From: Nageia nagi
Lineage: Eukaryota > Plantae > Pinophyta
Reading direction: 5' to 3'
DNA: 64,000 nucleotides
Assembly (NCBI GenBank): GCA_050084985.1
Contig: JBITNC010000001.1
Location: 75,764,001 to 75,828,000, forward strand
Both the position numbers and the translations under genes were made by a program. The notes below the pieces were generated by a model, which worked only from the letters and a program-made list of their open reading frames with translations, made no database searches and was not told the origin of the DNA. Shown one piece after another: positions 53,575 to 64,000 of this stretch (position 1 is its first letter; each line of letters starts with the position of its first letter).

Positions 53575-56500
53575 AAAAGGTTATGTTTCTTCCAACTTTG
53601 TAATGCTTAAGAACTCTTGCATGAGTTACTTAGCATTAAAGGGGAGAATGTTCGAATTATATCCTACATATCCCTAAGTCCTAAGTTAATAGATTAATTA
53701 ATTAGGATTAAGAGTATTTCCTAAAGTATTAATATTAGCTTGTGAGGAATATTTGATCTATGTTGACCATATTCCATACTTAGCGTATTTGTTAGGATAG
53801 GCATCACTTATTGTCTTGTAGTTCACGTAGGTTGTGCTATTTGTAATATTTGTTATGGTGTGAGAATATTTTATCTCAACCATTTAGCTTGTCTTGTAAT
53901 GGCTCACAAAGCTTATATATGTAACTCATTTTTATGAGTAATATAGAACATTATAGTTCTCTCATTATGGTAGATAGTGGTGATCTCTAAACTATTAACC
54001 ATTATCCAAGAGTGTGTGACATGGATGCCTCTAAAAGTTACCTTCCTTCCTTTCTAAAAGAAACACATTTCAAAATTACATCTTCCAATTGGATAGTACA
54101 ACCATTGGACTTCTTGTATGATGTGAGGGAACCCAACCATGGGATAATTATAAAAATTGGCTATAATGGTATATTTTCCAATGGTAAATATAATATTTTT
54201 GACCATCCACTTGCATCTAGTTTGGTATCCCCTATAATTGGTGACTCTAAACTCTTTCCAAATGTTCTCTAAGTAAAAATGCTTCATCAATGAAGTTACT
54301 AGTGGCTCTAATGTTTACTAGGGTAATGGTGAATTCTCCTATAAAGTGCCCTTACAATTCAAGAAGGGTATTTTATAGGTTTAATCAAAGGTTGAATTAG
54401 TTCTCTAAGATTCCTTTTGACTATTTTTGTAGGTAAGTGAGGGGTGTCTTTTGTGGCTAATCTATTCCCATATATATAAGGCCTAGTAGTCAACATAGGC
54501 ATCTTAGAGAATGTTTGGTGGGGTTTTATCACTTATAGACAAGGTTGAAAACTAATTTTATTTTCAACAATTGAAGATTGTAAAGAGGATACAAAAGGAA
54601 ATGAAGTCACATATGTACCTTAATCTTGGATCCCCTTTGGTGTCAAATTCCATATTTGTTCCAATGATCTCCTTATATCTTCTTATAGTCCTAGGCTTGA
54701 GGTAGTCTCTTCTTTGGCACTTGATATAGTTCCCTCCAATCTCTTGAGAGGATTATTTTGTTTCTTATCATCATTGATTCCCTTGAACTTGAATTGCAAG
54801 GTTGAGTGGTTGGTGGTGTAGTCTCCCAAGGATACGAACCATTGTACCCCTAAGACTACATGAGATGAATCACCCAATGGTGAGATGAAGTCATCTTAAA
54901 TAATGCATTATTTAAAGATAAAATTCATCTTAGGAATATATGTATTGCAATACATAATGTTCCCATTTCTAAATATCATTCTCATTACACTCATCACTAT
55001 CCTCATACTCCTCATTTGATGGACCTTTTTCTTTAAAAACCCCAATGTAATGTATTGCTTTCTTTCCAAGGCAATGATGACCCAATCTATAAGGTTATTT
55101 AAAACTAATGAATATATTATTCCTTCTTAATTCATGTCTTTCATTCCTCTCATACATGGTTCTTATTTGTATGTAATAGGAGGAGTAAGTGTGGGCATCC
55201 TAGTTGGTGAATCTCTTCTTGATGATGAAGTGTCTTTCTTGAAGGGAGCTTCCATGCTAGGTTTATGATATGGTGTCACATGCTTGGCCCTTGTAAGAGT
55301 AGAATTTTTAGGATTAAGAGTCATCTTGAATGCATCCTTTGAGTAAGTGAGTCAAAAGATTTGACCAAGCCCTTCAATGGTTATTTAAGTCCCTCCATAA
55401 CTAGGAAAGTTATCCACTTATTTCACACATCTGAAACCATAACTAAAATTATTCAAGATAATTTCCCATGGTTGTAGTTTGTTGAAGTGTATCCATCTCT
55501 CTAAAATACTCTTCCTCATCAATTTTCTAAAACCTATCAAGAATTCTTCTACAAAAATATTCGAAGTTCACAAGTTAGTTATGACCCAATATGGTGAAAC
55601 CATTTTCCCACCATTCATATGTTATACCATCAAGGTGAAGGTAGGTAAATCCTATTTCATTCATCTCTCTTATACATAAAAAAGTGAATTATTTTGAAGC
55701 TTTTGTAGCTAAGCCCTAAGTGTATAGTTATTACAACCAAACATAGGTATTTGCATCTTTTGTAGGTGTTTATTATCTTGTTAATCATTCCATTTTCCTA
55801 TTTTAAGTTTGGCACTATTATGTTGATATTGAGTAAAGTAGGTCACAATCCTAGAGGCATGGATGAGTTGGCTAAAGGTGGTCAAATAGGGAAAATGAGT
55901 TCTTCACTTCATTGATCCAATGTGGACACCATAGATGGGATTCTTTATCCCTCTTGTGATTGTAGAGTTCATTCAAGTGCATCTGCCTTATTCACAAGTT
56001 AAGATAGAAAGTATACCATGCTTGTAAATTATTTTTTTAGATATACCTCTCATGCCTTATCCATTATTTTATTCACTTTCACTCTCAATCTTCAAGGAAT
56101 CCTTATTTATTATTGTATAGTATTGATGCTTTGGTATGTAGGAAGTCCTCACACATTGGTAGGTCTTTGAACTCTGATACCACTACAATGTACCCTTATA
56201 GGGTCTATCCAATTTCTTACTTAATTTTGCATTCATTTACAAATTTGGAAATCAAAGTAAATTCTCATTAAACACCCAAACATATGCTCAAAATTAAAAT
56301 ATGAAGGTAGTAGCCAAATTTATTATAAAGCTCATGTGTCATGCAAATATAACCAATCTAGGGTTCAAATTCATATCCATAACATAAAAAAAATATAGCT
56401 CTAAAATAATATAATCCATATATATTACCATGCACAATGAATGTTATAACATAACAAAAATATATAGGAATATTCATTTATATTCAAGATGCAATATGAT

Positions 56501-56988
56501 GGTAAGTGCAAGAAGATGAGTCCCACTTTGGAGGAAGTCTTATGAACTACTAGTTTTTTGTATTTTTTTAATAAATTTTTATTTTTTTAGAATTATGAAA
56601 AAAAAAATGTGCACAATATTATACAATTATTCACAAGTTAAATTATAAATGATAAGTTTTATTCAAATTATGCTTGCAGGACATGAGCATTTTTCGAAAT
56701 GATAATCATGGCCAATAAAAAAATATTAAAAAATAAAATATTCATGAAAAATATAAAGAAATATCCTTCAAAATATTTTGTGTCTTTAGTATATTTAGCC
56801 AAAAGTATTTAAAAAATATTTTAATTTAGGTCCAATTATGATTGATGGACACGATGGGTATGGTCCTGAAATTGTATTTTTTAGATAGTGATTTAGATGC
56901 CTCAAAATGAACCTTTATGTATTTATAAATCATTTTAATCCTTTAACAATGTATTATTTAAAAAAGGATTTAAAATATATAAAAGATG

Positions 56989-59900
56989 TGTAGCCCATAT
57001 ATTTAACCCTTGTTAATTATACAAGGGGTCAAATCCTATAATAGAAGCATCCCTATATAAAGGCATTAAAGATATACAAAGAGAAGAAGAGGATGGGATT
57101 ATCATCAAGAGGAGACTAGATAAGGGGAATATTATAGAATACTTAAGGCTTTGACCAATTGAAGCTCATATAGAGAATCAAAGGAATCAAACATCATTTG
57201 TAAATCAAACACTTGCAAGGCCTTCTTATCTATAACAAGCAAATCTCTTATCTCAAATATTATCATACTTCCATTATATTGATAAATCATTCATTCATTT
57301 ATCATTTTATCTTTTGTCACATTTGTTATTTGATCGTTAACATGATGTCGATGGTGTACTATTACAAGGGCACTAGGACCATACTAATGCATATGATATT
57401 TTCCATCTCTTTCCTTGATTGATTGAATACATATGTTAACGAAATAAACATGTATGTTTAATCATTTGTTGTCATGTTCTTGATTTATGTCAACTAATTA
57501 ATATACCAAATAGTGCATGTGTTAATTCCCCAAATTAATTACACCATCACATTATTTAGAGTCTATGTTTGGTGAACCCAACATTCTTACACACCTAGGT
57601 ATTCTTCTAGGGAAAATTCCTTTTGTAAATTCATGAATTTACTTTTGCTACTTTTCCTCTCGATAAAGGAAGTGCTCCAAATAGTATCCAAAGAGCAAGA
57701 TAAAACTAAGGTTTGTTCTGCTTATATCCAAAATATGGATCTTAATATAGATAACCCTATAATATCTAAATTGAAAGTACAATTTTTAGAGGTTAGGAGA
57801 AGTCTTCAAATTAATCTTGAATTGTCTATTCAAATCCCTCCTCCTATGACCATATGAAATTCTAAATCTTTAGATTCTAGTAAACTAATGTCCATTATTA
57901 GAGAGACCCCTAATTGATATGCTATTCTTTATCTTAGTAACATGGATAATTTGGATTTTCATCCAAAACCCTTTGATGATGATGAACTTCCCAATCTTGA
58001 TAGGATTCCTTATAATGCTAGATCCATTCAATAGATGTTATCTAATAAGGAAAAGCTATAATTGTTTATTTGTAATAATGCTCCTATTGTGGTGAAACTT
58101 CATAGAGATGCAAATTTACTTATTAACTAGTTAGACACTATAGAATTTGAAGATAGCTTGTTCTATTATGACCAATCATCAAAACATATCCAACCTATAT
58201 ATGAAATGTACAACATGAGTAATGTAACTAACTGTAACCATAATGAGAGCAACATGTATCCTAATGGAGCAGAGTTTGAATCAAAGCTAGATGTTGAGTT
58301 AGAATAACCACTCCATGTGGATGATGCTTTTGATAAAAATGATCAATAAAAACTTGAAGATGAGGAGGATGAATCTTACAACATTTTGATCCTTAATCCA
58401 AAATACTTTGATCAGGAGAAGAAAGGTAAGGGTCCAATTATTTCATCTGATGATAAAATTACATCTCTCATTAATCAACATCTTACTAAAGTTATTAGAT
58501 AATCCTTTAAGCTACAACCAACTAGGAATCTTGAGGAACATGAGATTAAAGTAGTATTATTATGGATATCCAAGAAAACATTGATTGTTATAAACAACCT
58601 CAATATGAATAATTGAAAATCTTTGTATAGGTAGTAGATGAACTTAAGCAGGATAGGGTTGATCATCCTAATGAGTTTGTTGCTTTGAAACATATTCTAA
58701 CCCAAACAATAAACAATGCATAATTACCTCCTCCTCCCCCACCACCATCCCCAAAAACCAATGTAGGACTTAGCAATAAGGAGAGTAGTGATGATGATTT
58801 TCTTTCATGTTTAAAAAGACCCCTCACTACTAGGATTCTTGCCAAAGTAATCCTTGGGAAAAAGAGTGTCAAATTTACTAAATTTGATGGTATATAGAAT
58901 CATAGGATGCATGTTCATAAATTTTATGAAGAAGATATTAAATATATGCATGGTCAAGATTTGTTGGCTAAGTTATTTTCTTTTAGTTTGAAAGATGAGG
59001 CTCTCAAATAGTACTTTTCACTTCCCCAAAGTAGCATAGATAGGTATGAGGATTTAATTCATATATGTTTGCATGATTATGGTTATAAAATTATTGAGAA
59101 GGTTTATCTTAAGGACTTGTGTGAAATTAAATAAATCCCTAACCAATTAGTGAAGGATTTTGTGAGGATATGAAAACAAATTGTCAATAAATTCACCATA
59201 GATGAACATGAACTCAAGCATATTTTTGTGGATGGTCTCTTTCCTATATACAAGCTATTTATCATTTCTAATCATGATATGTATTTATGAGATATGATTG
59301 ACATTATTACTAAAAAAGAACCATGCATTAAAAAAATGAGTGTTATGAAACATGTTGAGCATACTTCACCTACAAAATGTATTATAGAAAATCAATTCAA
59401 GGATGAAGCAAATAATGTTACTTGCAAAAAAAGAGGTAACTCCCCTCTCAAACATACTTACAAATATACTCCTTTGATTGATACTATTGATAATATTCTA
59501 AATATATTATTAGATGAGAAAATGCTTGAATTACCTCCTATTGTTGAACCTATGTTTACTAATGGTGTGCTTAAAAATTTTTGTTATGTGGAATTTTACA
59601 ATTATCATAGGGTACCTGGTCATTTAACCAAGGATTGTAGGACACTTTATAATCTTAAATAGGATTTCATTGGTAATGGAGCAATTATGATGGATCAAAC
59701 ACAAATTGCATAGATAGGAACTATACATCTAAATAATTCATAGCTAAGGATACTCAATCATCCCCTACTATCTTCACAATCTCAAGGGTGCATTGGTACA
59801 ATAAGTATTTCCAATAATCTACATTCTTTTTGGATAATATTCTTGCATATAGGCATATTCCTCCAAATAGGAATGGGAATAGAATCAAAAGCTACAATGC

Positions 59901-62730
59901 CAGTAGCATGAATTCTTACTTTTAGAGAGCTAGTGATGTGAGGATGACTAGTACAAAATTGCCTCTTTTAGTCCCTACCTTCGTAAAGTGTATTTGGGTA
60001 GAAAAAATTCCCCAAGTACATAAATTTATTTCTTGAGCTCTTTTTGACATCACAATTAGTGTACATTAGTAGCTAGGTTGTTTTTGTATCAATTTTGCTT
60101 TTCTATTCTATGTTTTCACCATTCCAATTCTTTTGCTTCTTCTTTGTGTTTTCTTTTTGTGTCCAAAAATCTAGGGATTCAATTCCTCTTTATGCATGGT
60201 ACCAAATCTTGTTATCTTTGTTTCAAGGAACCAACATCATCAGTTTCCCTAGATAGAATGTTTAAAATCAACCTTTTATCATTCTAAGTCATGTTCCCTA
60301 GCCTTTAGAAGGATATTAGGTGTTGTTCGATGATATTTATGCTCACATAAACCCTCCTAATCTTTACAAACTTCTCCAAAAGTATTTTGGTTCATTTAAT
60401 ATATCTATCATTTCCATTTGTGCATATATCCTTTGATCATTATCAATTGTACATAACATAATGTATGCATGTTTAGCATGTTTAACTATTAATGAGTCTA
60501 TTTTTAAAGTTCATTATGACTATAGGTGTGTCCAATATCTACCATATAAAAATTTAACACAAAAGATAAAAATCATAGAGTATTGAATCCATCAAATGGG
60601 TCATAGATAGCCATACATCCTCCACCCCTATGGGTGGGCACTAGCACCACTATTGGTTGCTTCACTCCTAGAGCATACTCTCCTACCACTACCACTCACT
60701 CCAAATATAGATACTCCACTCACGATATCATTCACTGTGAGTCCATGAGTCTCCAAAAGTGTCTTGGCCCTTGTATACTTGGCCCACAATTTGGATATCT
60801 CTAGAGTTTGTGCTATAATCTAATCATGTTGACTTTACACAAATGCCCACTACTGATCTAGTGGGGGCATGGTGAACCTATCCTAAAGACGCTTCATGAT
60901 TTGAGATAGTGAATCCACCTTTGCATCCTATATCGCTAGTGTAGACCTCACCATAGCCAACTCTACCTCCAATGGTTGGAGACATGTCACCTCAACCTCC
61001 ATTGGCCTCATTCTAGCTAGCTTAGCATTCATAGTTGAAACCTATGTATTTGACACCCCTACCATATCATATATAATACCAATTAGTCTCTCATTAGCTA
61101 TATTGAAATATTTAAAAATCATGAAGCATTATGAGAAGAATCCTTCTTACCTGAAGAGGAAATAACTACTGCTAGCACCTCTAATCACCCTACTAGTGGA
61201 GGATCATCATGGATAGGATTATTTACATTCATCTGATCATCCTCCTCTAATGTTAGAATTACCACATCATCACTCTTACTATCCAACTTGTCTAGGCCCA
61301 AAAGGCTTATGCACATAGCTATCCTCTATGCTGAATAACTAGGGGCAATCTTGGAAGCCATAGCTACCTCCATAATAACATTGTATACTGATGGCTCTAA
61401 CCATCCTATCACCCACACTAGCATATCATGTGCCCCATTAAGAACATCTCTCTCAATTATATACTGATGATACATTGGGGGCATTGCTAGAATTAGCTAT
61501 TGTATCCTAAACTATATCAACACCCACTTTGGATGATATGGCTGTACTATCTTCCACCTTATCTAGAAAAAGTGGTTCTACCTCACCATTGTCAAATGAT
61601 AAGCATCTCCATGCCACACTAGTCAACATAGCACACCCATATGATGTTCACCTCTTGGAGGCCATTGATGTATCTCCTCCATACCTCCATAGATTAAGGA
61701 GGCTTATATCTATCTAATGGACCATTCTAGCATGCTAGGGCCACATTTGATGGGTCCTTTCTCACCCTTTGTAATCCCATTATCCTAATAACTAATATGT
61801 ACTCATAGGACCAAACTTGTAGGAGACCAACATGAGCAATCATCATAATGACCTTGTCAATGTTGATGAATGAATACAAATCCATGTAAAGCTATACTAG
61901 TACTATTGGCCCCCATGCAAACTATCATTGTAAAGCACACATCTCCTATACTATCCATGTCAACCCAAGAGGAAAAGTTGACTGGTTTTTATTGGGACAT
62001 AGATAGGTGGTAATAATCACCACCACATGTAGCCTTAGGTGTTTCCCTACTACAAAAAACCTACAACCCTTTGTAAGTCACATCGATTAGTGATTCTAAT
62101 CATGGTCATTCGATTTAATCAACCATAAAACCTTAGCCCAACATATGTTATCACCCCCCATCTCATGCTAATATATCAAACCACCCTTGATGGGTATACC
62201 CCAAATTTGATACACATCAAAGTTACTATCATTTCATCAGTGGGAAGATGAAATGAATAATAATCTTGATCCCATCTCTCAGCCAAGGTAGTGAGAAGAG
62301 GTGTATCCACTTGTACTATCCCCATGTATGCAAGCTCTCCTAACCTATATTGGTCTAGAATATTATCTAATTATTGAGTTCATGGGAAGGCTCAGGCTAG
62401 ATCTAACATTGTACTCCTCATCAATCCACCCTAAATTAACCACTTGTGATCCTACAAGGTAGTGCATGGGTTTGTTATTCTCTCATCTATGCTCATGGAT
62501 ATTAACAATATAGATTTTGGATCTATTTACTACATGCTTGACTAGCAAACTATGAAGATACTCCATTAGATGACCTATCCTTCCTGTGATTGGCTATTAG
62601 ATACTCCTCCAATTGATGGTAGCCATTCCTTCAGAGTCACAAATCCTTTACAGTCATCCTCCTGCTAGTCCAATCATTATGCTAAAATGACAAATGAAGA
62701 AGACACTCCAATAGTGTAATGTTGTTTGTA
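56989..62730 (+). mobile_element. Gypsy non-chromovirus element lacking pol: LTR (~56989-57543), tRNA-Trp PBS, gag, antisense PMD ORF; right end not resolved
   Basis: LTR termini TGTA...TACA. TGGTGAACCCAAC at 57570 (cf. TGGTGAACCCGAC). Gag KFTKFDG..LLAKLFSFSLKDEAL and knuckle YNYHRVPGHLTKDC. Confidence 0.65.
60600..62620 (-). pseudogene. Plant mobile domain (PMD, aminotransferase-like) ORF, antisense to the element
   Basis: LLTTLAERWDQDYYSFHLPTDEMIVT..DVYQIWGIPIKG (~62185-62310), AWGPIVL..LY (~61880-61917) and LLQVWSYEY (~61795-61825). Confidence 0.85.
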
Positions 62731-64000
62731 GGGTGGCAAATTTGGTTGGGTCTGTAAGAAATCAATGCCTACTTGTCAAAGCTCTAGATGGCAAAGGTGT
62801 TAAAGTCAAAATGACTTATTTTTTCCAAATATTTTGATTTTATAGGTTGAATTTGGCACTCAAATTAGGGTATTGCATATTTGTTTCCATATAGTTCCTA
62901 CATCTTTATGTGTAGGTTTATTTGCCTTATAAAAATTTTACATCTCACCTTTCCTTTTTTAGATACTAAAAATTGTTATTTCCATGGCATCAATAGAGTC
63001 CAATTCTTTGAGTTATGTGTGCTATCAATGGAACATGGATCTAATCTATTCTCAAAATTTATTTAATTGATGCCTACATGCTCTAGGTAATTATTCCTTA
63101 ACTTGTATTTTTTATAAAAATTTATATTGGGTTTAGGGTGTTAGCAGTGTACTAATTTGCTATTTTAATGATTTTCCAATGCACATAATCTATTTTCATT
63201 AATTTCATATGATAATGAGTTCTTATTTATGCTATTAATTTTAAAAACTTGGATTATCTATACTTGGTTTAAGTCATATTGTAGGGTAAAATTATACCTT
63301 TAAGAAAAGTGTTCCTAGGTAGCTCTAAGCCCATGATATTTTCATTATTTGGTCAAATAAGAAGGTAATGCTTACTTGGGAAATATTTTCCACTTACTTT
63401 ACGATGCTAGTGGCATGTACACATAAGGGCACTAGCAAAATAAATATCTATAAATTACCCAAATAATTAAAAATCCTCTGGTACTTATCCTTAATTGCAC
63501 CATTCTGACATGAGTACTGGTACCACAATTATGCTCCCATTATGAGGTATTTTATTTTTCTCTTTTCATTTGACAATATTAAGCATGTTAATTTTGCATT
63601 TAGAAAAGTTGATATTTGTTAACATGGATTTAAGCATTCAAAGTGAATATATCAAGATCTATTGGTTAACCTAAAGTTAGCATGAAGAAATATGTAGAAA
63701 GACATGGCATTATCTCCCCTTATAGACTTTACTCTACATTATGCACTACATTTCTCCCAACTTGGCATAACTCTACTCTCCTCCATGTGTTGAATGATGA
63801 TGTCATGGATTTTGGATAGACACATCATGCATACTTTGGTTAATAGAATTCAAGATAATTTTATTTGAGCCATATTCAAAGATTCCTTCAATGTCAATGA
63901 TGTAGAAGATACACAACATTAGCAACATACATTGACCTATTTTCATGGTACCGATGGCATGAACCCTTGGTGTATAATTAAACTCTAGCTCTCAGATCTT

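Larger units (their letters stand above)
48806..53964 (+). mobile_element. Young non-autonomous Ty1/Copia element (Ivana-like gag)
   Basis: LTRs 48806-49120 and 53649-53964 differ by 7 substitutions and 1 indel. TSD TTATG. PBS TGGTATCAGAGC at 49123-49134. PPT AAAGGGGAGAA at 53638-53648. Confidence 0.97.
46569..56500 (-). mobile_element. Degenerate Ty3/Gypsy (chromovirus-like) element in the intron; 3' LTR 46569-47594, truncated 5' LTR 56184-~56500
   Basis: LTR termini TGTAAT...ATTACA. PPT complement CCTTCCTCCTC at ~47598. tRNA-Met PBS complement CTCTGATACCA at 56172-56182. Gag EWWENG and protease VVLGVQW fragments. Confidence 0.8.

Noticed and set aside
62730-64000. Possible further TE coding fragment at the window end
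   Set aside because: No convincing motif or terminus could be identified.

Overview
AT-rich, CpG-depleted plant nuclear DNA, probably from a large gymnosperm-type genome. This taxon call is inference, based on the Tat-type element architecture, an MA(H)S-type psaC start and a very large TE-filled intron. About 90% of the window is nested transposon debris. An old minus-strand Tat-type Gypsy element (2553-37167) sits inside PPR-derived sequence and carries four insertions: (i) a truncated CRM-like chromovirus; (ii) a 21.9-kb Gypsy element (8723-30659, TSD GGATC, domain order PROT-aRH-RT-RH-INT) with ~6.6-kb terminal repeats, each containing a ~1150-codon degenerate ORF; (iii) a Copia solo LTR inside that element's 3' repeat; and (iv) a CpG-rich organelle-like insert with decayed psaC-ndhD. 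Next come a ~134-bp tandem array built from a PPR-coding motif and a DNA-transposon-like relic. These are followed by exon 1 of an ankyrin-repeat gene with an in-frame stop. Its intron holds a Gypsy element, a young Copia whose RT C-terminus and RNase H are replaced by an unknown acidic ORF, and a pol-less Gypsy with an antisense plant-mobile-domain ORF. All translations and alignments were done by eye, so coordinates of degenerate features are approximate.
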